Shown: in pieces, positions 47,278 to 56,967 of the stretch | Layout: each line of letters opens with the position of its first letter | How positions within the stretch are numbered: position 1 is the first letter of the stretch | Origin: Planctomycetota bacterium | GTDB taxonomy: Bacteria > Planctomycetota > UBA8108 > SXIK01 | Assembly: GCA_965223845.1 (NCBI GenBank) | Contig: CBDCXR010000004.1 | Location: 3,616,001 to 3,680,000, forward strand | Reading direction: 5' to 3' | Length of the DNA stretch: 64,000 nt | Notes under the pieces: model-generated | The model's input: the letters and a program-made list of their open reading frames with translations, nothing else | Database searches by the model: none | Told to the model about the DNA's origin: nothing | Program-made: the position numbers and the translations under genes

Positions 47278-48669
47278 ATGCGCACTCGTCCGACCGTTCG
47301 CTTCGCCGGTTCGACCCGTTCCGCCGTCGCCCTGCTCGCCTCCGTCGCCGCTCTCTCGGTCGGCTGCGACCCGGCTCCGCAGGGAGCCTCCGGCGGGAGC
47401 GCGGACGACCCGGCGGCGGTTTACACACGCGCGGAAGCGCTCGCGAGCCGCCACCGGGTGAGCGAGGCCATCGCGACGATCGAGGCGTACGCGCAGGACC
47501 GCTCGGGACCACTGAGTTCGGACGCGGAGCGCGCGCTCTACGAACGCTGGGCCGACCTCCTCCTTCGCGCCTCCCGTCCAGACGACGCCGCGCGCGCCCT
47601 CGCCCGGATCGCCGCGACGGCTCGCCTCGAGCGCCGTGACCTCCGCGCACGCGTCGCGTCCGCGTGCGGGCGCTACGACGAGGCGCTTCGATGGTTCGCA
47701 CGGCTGCCGGACTCGGATCGGCTCCGCAGCCCCGGCGCATTCGCCGACACGGCGCTTCAAGGCGGACGGCCTCGCCTCGCCGCGGCGCTCGCCGCGACCG
47801 AGCTCGCCCGCGATCCGTGGCTCGACGAGACGACCCTAGTGTTTGGACGCGCTCTCGCGCGCTGCGGTCAGAAGGAGGCCGCAGGGGCCTTTCTCGAACG
47901 GTATCGCCGCGGGGAATCGTTCCGGAACGCGCTCGATCTCGCGGTCGAGCTCGAGTTCCACGGCCGGGATGTGGCCGCGCGCCTTCAGCGGGCGAAAGCC
48001 GAACACGCGAGAGGACGCTGGTTCGAGAGCATGAAGCTCGCGAACGACGCCCTCGAGCTCGACCGGAACGCCGGCGCGGCGTACGTTCACCTCGCGGAAC
48101 TCTCGACTCAGCTCGCGCGACCCGCGGATGCGATCCGCGTACTCGAGCGACTTCCGCCCCACGCGCGCAAGTGGCTCGCTCTCGGAAAAGCCTACGAAGC
48201 GAACGACGATCGCGAGCGCGCGAAGCACGCATACGAGGAGGCGGCGGAGCTGGACGACCAACTCACCGAAGCGGCCGACGGGCTCTCTCGCCTCGAATCA
48301 CCGTCCACAGCATCTGCGCTGGATGGGACGCGCCGCGCCGTCCGCGACGCTACCGCCGGCAAGTCGCTCTCGACGACGACTCCGGAGCTCCGGCGGCTCG
48401 CGGACGCGTACGCGGTAGCCAGCCGAGACTTCGAGGCTCGGGGGATTGCGCTCCTCACCGTGCGACTCCAGCCGGGCGACACGGCGCTCCGGCGCTGGGC
48501 GACGCGGCACTTCTCCGCGCCGAGCGATGCCTTCGTCCGCGTCTGGCTTCTCTCCCCAGTCGATACTCGGTCGACAGCGACCGAGCTCGCAGCACTCGGC
48601 GTCGACGTAACGGAGCTCAAGGCTCTTCCCGCGCTCGCTGCCTCGCCGGTCGGTGAGCCCGGGCGGTGA
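47278..48669 (+). CDS. TPR-repeat lipoprotein
   Basis: Lipobox-like LSVGC, TPR-like repeats (ALELD, LGKAYEA, AAELD). Confidence 0.75.
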   Translation: MRTRPTVRFAGSTRSAVALLASVAALSVGCDPAPQGASGGSADDPAAVYTRAEALASRHRVSEAIATIEAYAQDRSGPLSSDAERALYERWADLLLRASRPDDAARALARIAATARLERRDLRARVASACGRYDEALRWFARLPDSDRLRSPGAFADTALQGGRPRLAAALAATELARDPWLDETTLVFGRALARCGQKEAAGAFLERYRRGESFRNALDLAVELEFHGRDVAARLQRAKAEHARGRWFESMKLANDALELDRNAGAAYVHLAELSTQLARPADAIRVLERLPPHARKWLALGKAYEANDDRERAKHAYEEAAELDDQLTEAADGLSRLESPSTASALDGTRRAVRDATAGKSLSTTTPELRRLADAYAVASRDFEARGIALLTVRLQPGDTALRRWATRHFSAPSDAFVRVWLLSPVDTRSTATELAALGVDVTELKALPALAASPVGEPGR

Positions 48670-50438
48670 AGCCGGCGAAAGGGACTGCGATGGCGACGGC
48701 TTCCAATCGGTACCCACCGCGACGAGGGGGACCTGCGGCGTTCCGTATCCTCGCGCCCGTGACCGCCCTCGTCCTCGCGCTCACGTCCGGAGCCTGTGAG
48801 CGGGCCGCCGAGTCGCCCGCCGGAGACGGCATCCGCTTCACCGACGTGACGCTCTCCGCCGGAATCGACTTCGTCCACGTGAGTGGACGCGCTGGGGCGC
48901 GGGCCATGCCCGAGACGATCGGCGGCGGTGTCGCGTGGATCGACTTCGACGACGACGGGACGCTCGATCTCTATTTCGTGAGCGGCCACTCGCAGCCGAC
49001 TTCCGGCGCCCCGGGCGACGCCGGAAACCGCCTCTATCGCGGACGCGGCGACGGCAGGTTCGAGGACGTGACGGAGGCCGCCGGAGTCGGGGACCGCGGC
49101 TACGGGATGGGTGTCGCTGTCGGCGACTACAACGGCGACGGGAAGGACGACATCTACGTCACCAATTACGGACGGAACACGCTCTACCGAAACGAAGGCG
49201 GCAGGTTCACCGATGTGACCGAGGTCGCGGGAGTCGGCGCGCCGGAGTGGAGCACGAGCGCGGCGTTCCTCGATTACGACGACGATGGCTGGCTCGATCT
49301 CTACGTCTGCCAGTACGTCGACTACGATCCCAACCATCACTGCACTCGCGATGGGCACCCCGCCTACTGCAGCCCTAAGGAGTTCGACGGCGTCCCCGAT
49401 CGGCTGTTTCGAAACCGCGGGGACGGTACCTTCGAAGACGTGAGCGAGCTCGCCGGCGTCGCGATCGCGGGACGGATGGACGGAAAATCCCTCGGCGTCG
49501 TCGTCCTCGACTACGATCGCGACGGCGACGAGGACATCTACGTCGCGTGCGACCAAGTGCGGAATCTCCTCTTCGCGAATCGCGGCGACGGGCGCTTCGA
49601 CGAGGTGGGACTCGTCGCGAACGTCGCGTACTCGCGGGAGGGCCGGTCGCAGGCGGGCATGGGAGTCGATGCCGGCGATGTCGACTCCGATGGCGATCTC
49701 GACATCGTCGTCACCAACTTCGCCGACGAGCCGAACGCGCTCTACCTCGCAGACGAGGCGGGGTTCTTCACCGAAGCGAGCGCGGCGCTCGGGCTGGGAG
49801 GACCGTCGTTGGTTCCGCTCGGATTCGGCGTTCTCTTCGTCGATGTCGATCTCGATTCGGATCTCGATCTCTACGTCGCGAACGGACACGTGCAGGACGA
49901 TCCGGGCAGTGTTCGCCCCGGCCGGACCTTCGAGCAGAGCGACCAGATCCTGCTGAACGACGGACGCGGTCGGCTCCGCGACGTGTCGGCGGAAGCGGGC
50001 TCGCCGTTCGCGCGGCGCTACGTGAGTCGCGGAGCGGCGGCGGGCGACTACGACGGGGACGGCGATCTCGACATCGTCGTCGTTCACATCGATGCGCCGC
50101 CTGCACTCCTCAGGAACGACAGCGCTCGCGGCGCGTGGATCGCGTTCGATCTCACCGCGCGCGCTCGTTCGCGGAACGGGTACGGGGCGCGAGTGACCGT
50201 CCACGCGCGGAGGACGCGAGACGGGAGCCCGTTCGTCCGCGTCGCCGAATGCCGCGCGGCGCGAAGCTACGCCGCGTCCTCGGATCCGCGCGTGCGCTTC
50301 GGGCTGGGAGCGGAACCGGTCACGGTCGAGCGCGTCGAGATCCTTTGGCCGTCGGGAGCGGCTCACACTCTCGAACGACCGTCGCTCGGCGAGGTCCACG
50401 CGGTCGCGGAACCCCCGCGACCCACGCCGCCGCGCTAG
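48666..50438 (+). CDS. CRTAC1 / ASPIC-UnbV family FG-GAP propeller protein
   Basis: FTDVT, repeated DxDxDGxxD motifs, SRGAAAGDYDGDGDLD, RFGLG, EILWPSG. Confidence 0.92.
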   Translation: MKPAKGTAMATASNRYPPRRGGPAAFRILAPVTALVLALTSGACERAAESPAGDGIRFTDVTLSAGIDFVHVSGRAGARAMPETIGGGVAWIDFDDDGTLDLYFVSGHSQPTSGAPGDAGNRLYRGRGDGRFEDVTEAAGVGDRGYGMGVAVGDYNGDGKDDIYVTNYGRNTLYRNEGGRFTDVTEVAGVGAPEWSTSAAFLDYDDDGWLDLYVCQYVDYDPNHHCTRDGHPAYCSPKEFDGVPDRLFRNRGDGTFEDVSELAGVAIAGRMDGKSLGVVVLDYDRDGDEDIYVACDQVRNLLFANRGDGRFDEVGLVANVAYSREGRSQAGMGVDAGDVDSDGDLDIVVTNFADEPNALYLADEAGFFTEASAALGLGGPSLVPLGFGVLFVDVDLDSDLDLYVANGHVQDDPGSVRPGRTFEQSDQILLNDGRGRLRDVSAEAGSPFARRYVSRGAAAGDYDGDGDLDIVVVHIDAPPALLRNDSARGAWIAFDLTARARSRNGYGARVTVHARRTRDGSPFVRVAECRAARSYAASSDPRVRFGLGAEPVTVERVEILWPSGAAHTLERPSLGEVHAVAEPPRPTPPR

Positions 50439-50546
50439 CTCGGCGGCGGGTGGCCACAGCTCCGTGCGGGTTCGCCCTCCGTTCGAATCGCGGATCCTCG
50501 GAGAAAACACCGGCGCCGATTTCGCCGTTCGTTAGCGTTTTCGTCG

Positions 50547-50589
50547 TTGAGCGTCGCCACGCTCAAGCGGTACACTCGAAATCGGTGTA
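50547..50589 (+). promoter_or_regulatory. Putative promoter with overlapping palindromic operator
   Basis: TTGAGC-N18-TACACT; perfect TTGAGCGT-CGCC-ACGCTCAA inverted repeat; second TACAC-N9-GTGTA repeat. Confidence 0.5.
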
Positions 50590-50787
50590 AAGGAATAGGG
50601 TTCGGAAGTCCTCGGCTGGAGACGACGGCGCGGATGGCCGTCGGCATCGCCGACGCTTGAATTCTTCATCGATGGGACGGCAGCCCATCGCTGCGGAAGG
50701 TCCATCTCTCGCAAAGCGCTCGGCTCGTTCCGGCGAGGATCCAACGGACTCCCTGCTGTACTCTTCTTCACGGATAGGAGGGTTGCC

Positions 50788-53727
50788 ATGTCCCGCCGTA
50801 CTGTCGGGCTAGCTGTAGCCGCCGCTACTCTCGTTTCACTCGCTGGGCCCGCTTCGGCTCAGACGACCGACGAAGGTTTCATCAATCAATGGCTCGCGTT
50901 CCCCCCGATCACGCGTGTCATCGGGGGCAACTCGCCCGGAATCGATCTCCTTCGCGTAGATTACATCGCCGATGGCGATGAAACCTTCGAGGCGACGATG
51001 CTGCCGACGGAGGACACCGAGGTCGAGCCGGACTTCTTCGATCCCGACTCACCCTCGGTCGGCCTCGCCGATCCGGCCGCGGAGAGCATCTTCACCGTAT
51101 GGGACAATGCCGAGATCGATCCACAGCTCGACACGATGGACATCGCCGCGCGCTTCGGCGAATCGCCCGACTCGGTCTTCTACGGAATCGTCTACATCAA
51201 CGTCGAAGGCGACCAGCCCATCGAGGGCTTCGTCGAGCTCGGAAGCGACGACTCCGTGCAGGTGAAGATCGACGACTGTGAGGCCTTCGTCCGCAATATC
51301 GCTCGCGGGTGCGGCGGCGCAGGCGTCGTCCAGGATCGCGCGGCCGTCACGCTCGCCCCGGGACCTCACCGCGTCATGATCAAGGTGTTCCAGGGCGGCG
51401 GCGGCTTCTGCTATCGCCTGCGGCTCACGGATGCGGAAGGCGTGTCGCTTACCGTCGACGAGCGCATCTCGGTCGGAATCGACCCGGATGATTTCGGCCT
51501 CGAGTCGCTCGACCCCGTGGGGCTTTCGCTCCAGCGAACGGTCACTCCCGACGTTCTCCCGCGCATTTCGCAGGACAACGTAGTCGACGTCAGTGTCGCG
51601 TTCGAAAAGACGCTCCCGACTCTGGCTGACGATGTCGAAGTCGTCGTCGAGGAAGTTCTCGCCGACGGCCTCACGATTACGTCGGCGACGCCGGATCCGA
51701 CGTCGAACGCCGATGGAATCGCGCGCTGGAATACGACGGTGGGCGCGCTCGTCGCGGACGGGATCTCCTACACGATCGAGATCACGGAGAAGGGTGAGTA
51801 CGACCTCGTCGGTCGCGTCACGGTCGGAACCGCACCGGCTTGCGGGACGGGCAGCGGAACGATTCTCGCCCTCGATCTCCAGGGAATCCTCCTCGGCGAC
51901 CTCGTCGGCGGTGGTGAGGGGCTCGGGGATTCCGATCCGCCTCCGTTCGCTGCGATCAACATCGACACTGGGCTCTTCATGACCCAAGACGAGGTGAACG
52001 GGAGCGACGGCAACACGTCCGACAACGACGGGATCAATCCCGCGCCGGTCGACGAGAGTGACGTCATCGACTCTGTGTTCTTCATCGACGACGAAAACAC
52101 CGACATTCAGATCATCAACTCGGGTGGCGTCGAGTACCAGTTCATCGAGGGCGACGCTCATCCGGTGAGCTGGAACGGAATCCTGAGCAACGTCACGCAC
52201 GACCGAGACAAGGGAGTCGGAAACATCTTCGTCGGTGGCGAAGGTGGCATCGCGACCGGTGTCGGCGTCCACGCGTCGGCGGGAGTGACGTTCGATCTCG
52301 CCGGAATGCGGGACGCGTATCCCGGTCAGATCGGTGTGGTGACCGGCATCGTCGGCATGGACACGTGCGGAGGGTCGGTCAACAACTACATCATCTTCAG
52401 CAATGACGACGAAGTGCTCGAGGAGCCGCTCTTCATCCAGTCGGCGACCTCGAACACCGGCGAGTTCGTCGCGCTCATCATTCCTGAAGAGGCGACGTAT
52501 ATGACCTTCGCTGCGGGCGACGCCGGAAACGGCATCGGCTGCGACCACGGTGTGTTCGGCGACATGCGCGTCCTATCGGTCGAAGACGCCGTGCTCCCGC
52601 CCGGAAACGCAGCCTGCGCACGCGATGACGACGGCAACCTCGCGCTCACTTGGGAGCACATCGGCTCGAAGCTCGGAGAGTTCCGGATCACCGCGAACGG
52701 TGAGCAAGTCGGAACGGCAGCGGGTGACGCTCTCAGCGCGACCGTCCCGTCCGCCTCGCTTCCCGATGGGGTCGTGGAGGTCTGCGTCGAGAACAGCGAA
52801 GGCGCCGCGTGCTGCGCGACCGTCGGTGGAACCTCGGTCAACATCAACTGCGGCGGTCCGGCGCTGAACGGATTCGTCGATGGCCGAAACTGGGGGAGCG
52901 ATACCAACACGAACCCGAGTCCGTTCCTCGTCGCCGGTGGAAACACGGCCGATTTCAGCAACGGCTTCAGCCCGCCGATCGGCGTCGCGGACACGCAGCT
53001 CACCGAGCCGGAGTTCGTCGACGATCCGGAACGCAGCCGCCTCTTCGCGACGGAGCGCTGGGCGGACGGCGACGTCGTCTACAACTTCCCGGTGGCGAAC
53101 GGCGACTACGAGGTGTTCCTCCTGTTCGCCGAAGGTTGCTGCAGCGATGGCTGTGAGGACCTCGACGACCCGGCGGAATCGCTCGGAAATTGCCGCGTCT
53201 TCGACATCTTGATCAACGGCGATGTCGTCGAAGATCAGTTCTCGCAGCACGTCGAGGCTCAGCGGGAGCTGGGCGAGGATCTTCCGAACGCGAACTGGGG
53301 TATCGCGCTCGTCAAGGGCCCCTACCTCGTCGAGGACTCGAGTGAGATCGAAGTCCGCATCCAGGATCTCGGCGGCGGCAACCCGCCGGAGAACGCGTCG
53401 ATCAAGGGAATCTCGATCCGCGCGGCGGGCGTCGGTGGCGCTCAGATCCGCTACGGCGACGTCAACAACGACGGCGCGGTCAACATCGCGGATGCGATCT
53501 ACAAGCTGAACAATCTCTTCGGCGACGGCCCCGTGCCGACGTGTGCGGAGACTGCCGACGTGAACTCCGACGAGGCGTACAACATCGCCGACGCGATCTT
53601 CCTCCTCAACAACCTCTTCGGTGACGGTCCGCCTCCGATCGACGGATTCGGTCCCCAGGGATTCGACTGCGGAGAGGATCCGGACCCCGCGAACGCACTC
53701 GGTTGCGCGCTCTACGACAAGTGCTAG
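50788..53727 (+). CDS. Secreted acidic multi-domain protein: galactose-binding-like, NPCBM-like, malectin, C-terminal dockerin
   Basis: SD AGGAGGG, signal peptide ending ASA, LGSDDSV, GVHASAGVTFDL...CDHGVFGD, INCGG...ATERW...FAE...RVFDILING, GDVNNDGAVNIADA / ADVNSDEAYNIADA. Confidence 0.85.
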   Translation: MSRRTVGLAVAAATLVSLAGPASAQTTDEGFINQWLAFPPITRVIGGNSPGIDLLRVDYIADGDETFEATMLPTEDTEVEPDFFDPDSPSVGLADPAAESIFTVWDNAEIDPQLDTMDIAARFGESPDSVFYGIVYINVEGDQPIEGFVELGSDDSVQVKIDDCEAFVRNIARGCGGAGVVQDRAAVTLAPGPHRVMIKVFQGGGGFCYRLRLTDAEGVSLTVDERISVGIDPDDFGLESLDPVGLSLQRTVTPDVLPRISQDNVVDVSVAFEKTLPTLADDVEVVVEEVLADGLTITSATPDPTSNADGIARWNTTVGALVADGISYTIEITEKGEYDLVGRVTVGTAPACGTGSGTILALDLQGILLGDLVGGGEGLGDSDPPPFAAINIDTGLFMTQDEVNGSDGNTSDNDGINPAPVDESDVIDSVFFIDDENTDIQIINSGGVEYQFIEGDAHPVSWNGILSNVTHDRDKGVGNIFVGGEGGIATGVGVHASAGVTFDLAGMRDAYPGQIGVVTGIVGMDTCGGSVNNYIIFSNDDEVLEEPLFIQSATSNTGEFVALIIPEEATYMTFAAGDAGNGIGCDHGVFGDMRVLSVEDAVLPPGNAACARDDDGNLALTWEHIGSKLGEFRITANGEQVGTAAGDALSATVPSASLPDGVVEVCVENSEGAACCATVGGTSVNINCGGPALNGFVDGRNWGSDTNTNPSPFLVAGGNTADFSNGFSPPIGVADTQLTEPEFVDDPERSRLFATERWADGDVVYNFPVANGDYEVFLLFAEGCCSDGCEDLDDPAESLGNCRVFDILINGDVVEDQFSQHVEAQRELGEDLPNANWGIALVKGPYLVEDSSEIEVRIQDLGGGNPPENASIKGISIRAAGVGGAQIRYGDVNNDGAVNIADAIYKLNNLFGDGPVPTCAETADVNSDEAYNIADAIFLLNNLFGDGPPPIDGFGPQGFDCGEDPDPANALGCALYDKC

Positions 53728-53776
53728 TGCGCGTCGGTTGAGAACCGGTCGACCGCTCGACCGGGGCTCGTAGTGG

Positions 53777-53823
53777 AACGACCCTTCGGCTTTCGGCTTC
53801 GGCCGGGTCGAAGGGTCGTTTTT
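53777..53823 (+). terminator. Rho-independent terminator
   Basis: AACGACCCTTCGGC...GTCGAAGGGTCGTT followed by TTT, between convergent genes. Confidence 0.75.
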
Positions 53824-53872
53824 CTAGAGAGATGGAGAGATCGTGATCTTCGCGGTGATTCTTTCGCGGACG

Positions 53873-55336
53873 CTACGGTGACGCGGGAGAGTCGGTCGAC
53901 GTCAAGAACTTGCCCCGCTCGAGTTTGACTTCGCGCCCCGGGTCGTCGTTCGAACGCGAGAGACGCAGTCTCACGCTCTTCCCTTCCGGTCCCTTCAGCA
54001 TCCGGAGGCAGTCTTCGAGACTCTTTCCCTCGGTCGAGACGCCGTCGATCTCGCGCAGGAGTAAGCCATCCGCGATCCCCGCGCGGCCCGCGGGCGACTC
54101 GGGAAAGACCCGGCGGATGCGAGCGAACCCGGACGCCGGGCCCGGTTCGAGCGCCACACCGAGGCCCACGATCTCTCGCACGAGAAGCCGGATGTTGTCG
54201 GAGCTGAGCGGCATCTCCTGAAGGAGAGCCCAGCCGATGCCCGTCGGAGAGAGCGCCATCTGGCTCGAGAGGACGACGACGCCCCGGCGCTTCTTCGTGT
54301 CGAACCCGACGAAGGCGAGGTAACCGTATCCGCCGCCTCCGTGACCGAGAAGATTCGAGCCCGGTGGCTGGTAGACGCGCTCGTCGAGCCAAGGGAGGGC
54401 CGTCCGACCGAAGCGCGGTGAGCCTTCGTGGCGGATCCGATGGGTCTTCTCCATGACGGAACGGAGAGGTGTCTCCTCGAACCCGAGGTTCGCCGCGAGA
54501 AACCGGAGGAGATCGTTCGCCGTCGATCGAAGAGCTCCGGCGCCGCGGAACACCTTCGGGTTGAAGCTCGGCGCGACCGCGCCGTCGGTCCAGTGACCGT
54601 GCGCAAGTCGGCGACGCTGCTCGCCGGACAACGCGATTCGCGTGCTCGTCATTCCGAGAGGTTCGCAGATGCGCGCGACGAGCGCGGCTTCGTATCCCTC
54701 ACCGGCTTTCCGCCCCAGAGCGTGGCCGAGGAGTCCCATCCCCACGTTCGAGTACTGAAATCGTTTTCCCGGTTCTTCGGTCAATCGGTGAGCCGAGAGA
54801 AACGTGTAGAGATCGTCGAAGGTATACGCCTCGCAGGCTAGCTTTTGCGCTTTCCGCCAAGCGGCACCGAGACCGAGGTGGTTCTCGACGGCCAGGTTGT
54901 CCGGAAACCACGGCAGCCCGGAATCCTGCGCGGCGAGATGGAGAAGCGTGATCTCGTTCTCGCCAAAGGCGGGCGCGCTGACGTCGCCGGGAAGATACCG
55001 GTCGACGGGGTCATCGACCGATACCTCTCCCCGGCGAGCCATTTCGAGAAGGAGAAGCGACGTGAACACCTTCGTTACGGAGCCGATCTCGAACACGGTG
55101 TCGCCATCCACTTCGCGATCCGTACCGTTGTCGAGCTTGCCCGCCGAGTAGATTCGCCGGCCGTTCGCGTCCACGAGTCCGATGACCATCGCGGCGTCGC
55201 TCTCGGTGAAATGATCGCGAAGGAGTCGCTCGATCTCGTCCGCGCGCGCGGTGCTGAAGCTGACTTCGGCGGCGGACTCGTTCGCCATCGCGAGAGCGAG
55301 AAACGCGAGCGCAAAGGATCGGGTGCGGAGGATCAT
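53873..55336 (-). CDS. Serine hydrolase (class C beta-lactamase-like / S12) with C-terminal PDZ domain
   Basis: FEIGSVTK, YSN, HGGGG; GLGV...VFPESPAGRAGI PDZ pattern; signal peptide. Confidence 0.9.
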   Translation of the reverse strand: MILRTRSFALAFLALAMANESAAEVSFSTARADEIERLLRDHFTESDAAMVIGLVDANGRRIYSAGKLDNGTDREVDGDTVFEIGSVTKVFTSLLLLEMARRGEVSVDDPVDRYLPGDVSAPAFGENEITLLHLAAQDSGLPWFPDNLAVENHLGLGAAWRKAQKLACEAYTFDDLYTFLSAHRLTEEPGKRFQYSNVGMGLLGHALGRKAGEGYEAALVARICEPLGMTSTRIALSGEQRRRLAHGHWTDGAVAPSFNPKVFRGAGALRSTANDLLRFLAANLGFEETPLRSVMEKTHRIRHEGSPRFGRTALPWLDERVYQPPGSNLLGHGGGGYGYLAFVGFDTKKRRGVVVLSSQMALSPTGIGWALLQEMPLSSDNIRLLVREIVGLGVALEPGPASGFARIRRVFPESPAGRAGIADGLLLREIDGVSTEGKSLEDCLRMLKGPEGKSVRLRLSRSNDDPGREVKLERGKFLTSTDSPASP

Positions 55337-55594
55337 GGGCGGACGGTCTCCGGAAAGGTTCCACTAGTTTCGAGGAGGTCTCGTTCTGAACGCTCTTCCA
55401 TCCCCTGGCCGTCGACGTCGCTAGCGCCTCAGAGAACGGGAACGGGAGCGACGAGAAAACACCCATCTCAGATTCCGCCGAGGCGAATGCGTCACGCGAA
55501 TTTCGTCCGCGCCCCGACTCTCACGCAAACGGGCGGACGCCGGAGTCCGGCGCCCGCCCGCGAGCGGTTCGATCTGGGAAGATGTAACGGGGCG

Positions 55595-56284
55595 TCAGCT
55601 CCCGTTCTTCTTCCCGATGTGGACGAGATCGTAGACCTGGGCCGCCACGATCGCCCCCACGATGGGACCGACCCAGTACACCCAGTGGATGTCCCAGTGC
55701 CCTCCGACGAGCGCCGGCCCAAAGGACCGCGCCGGATTCATGCTCGCGCCGGTGAGCGGCCCCGCGCAGAGGATGTCGAAGGCCACGGTGAGCCCGATCG
55801 CGAACCCATAGACGTTACTCGGCTTCCGGTCGTCCACCGCGACGCCGAAGATCGTCGTCACGAGGAGGAAAGTGAGGATCGCCTCGATGACGAGCACCGT
55901 GATGGCGTTGTCTCCGCTCGAGAGCGAGCCGAGCGTCGCGCCGAGTCGGGGGCCCGGTCCGTCCGCCGCAGCCTCGTTGGCACCCGGAAAAAGCGCGCTC
56001 AGCGCCGCCGCCGCGAGAAGCGCACCCAAGAGCTGCGCCACGATGTACGCCACCGCGGCCGGAGGCGCGATCCGCCCGCGCGTGAGCATCGCGATCGTCA
56101 CCGCGGGATTGATGTGCCCGCCCGATATGTGTCCCGTCGCGTAGACCGCCATCGCAAGCGCCAGCCCGTGCGCGAGCGCCACGCCGACGAGCCCCGCCTG
56201 ACCGTTGATGATGGCCCCGGCGCCGATGAAGGTGAGCGTAAACGTCCCCACCAGCTCGGCCGCAAAACATCGTCCCAAGTTCAT
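55595..56284 (-). CDS. Aquaporin / MIP channel
   Basis: AELVGTF, GHISGGHINPAVT, SMNPARSFGPA, WVYWVGP. Confidence 0.95.
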   Translation of the reverse strand: MNLGRCFAAELVGTFTLTFIGAGAIINGQAGLVGVALAHGLALAMAVYATGHISGGHINPAVTIAMLTRGRIAPPAAVAYIVAQLLGALLAAAALSALFPGANEAAADGPGPRLGATLGSLSSGDNAITVLVIEAILTFLLVTTIFGVAVDDRKPSNVYGFAIGLTVAFDILCAGPLTGASMNPARSFGPALVGGHWDIHWVYWVGPIVGAIVAAQVYDLVHIGKKNGS

Positions 56285-56578
56285 TTGGCTTCGTCCCCCT
56301 CGACGAGTCCGTGGATTCGGTCGCACGCACGCCCGGACGGCGTGGTGTCGCGCGACACTCCTGCGAGCCGACTCCCCCCGATCCGCGCATCTCGCGCTGC
56401 GTGGATCGGTCACCCCGGCCCAACGACGAACGGCCCCGGCTGCTCACCCTCGACGCGGTACGGAGACCGCCCCCGGGGAAACAACGCGCGGCATTGTGCG
56501 CAGTGGCCCGAAGGGAGGTCAAGGATCCACTGCGAGGAGGAGGCGCGCTCGTGCGGATCACCGGATCCGCCCGCCGCT

Positions 56579-56965
56579 TCAATCGAGCGATTCGGGATAG
56601 AGGTCGATCGATCCGACCTCTTCGCCGGCGGCCTCCGCGGCCTTCTTCGCGTTCCACTTGGCGAGCCAAGTTTCCCAGGACTTGCCCGCCGCGGTGTCCT
56701 TTCCCGTGAACGCGATCCCGACGATCTCGTCGTACCCGACACGTCTAGACGGTCCGTCGAGCGGGAAGACATCGGCGTGCGCCGACGCTCCTTCGCCGCC
56801 GCGATTGTAGAGATAACCCTCGAGATCGTCGCCGCTGCGAAGTCTCAAGGTGACGTTTCCCCGATAGTCGAACGCGGCAGCGATGACGGGCGAGACGTCG
56901 CTGCCGTCCTCGCGCGTCCACACGTACCCTTGCGTGTACTCGGACGGAGGTTCGTTCTCGACCAC
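56579..56965 (-). CDS. Conserved-looking hypothetical protein downstream of hpnH
   Basis: Starts 2 nt after the hpnH stop; coding-like codon usage; FDYRGNVT...GKDTAAGKSWETW. Confidence 0.7.
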   Translation of the reverse strand: MVENEPPSEYTQGYVWTREDGSDVSPVIAAAFDYRGNVTLRLRSGDDLEGYLYNRGGEGASAHADVFPLDGPSRRVGYDEIVGIAFTGKDTAAGKSWETWLAKWNAKKAAEAAGEEVGSIDLYPESLD

Positions 56966-56967
56966 GG

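Noticed and set aside
53873-55336. Antibiotic-resistance beta-lactamase
   Set aside because: SxxK/YxN serine hydrolases with PDZ domains are more often peptidases or esterases; nothing here indicates resistance.
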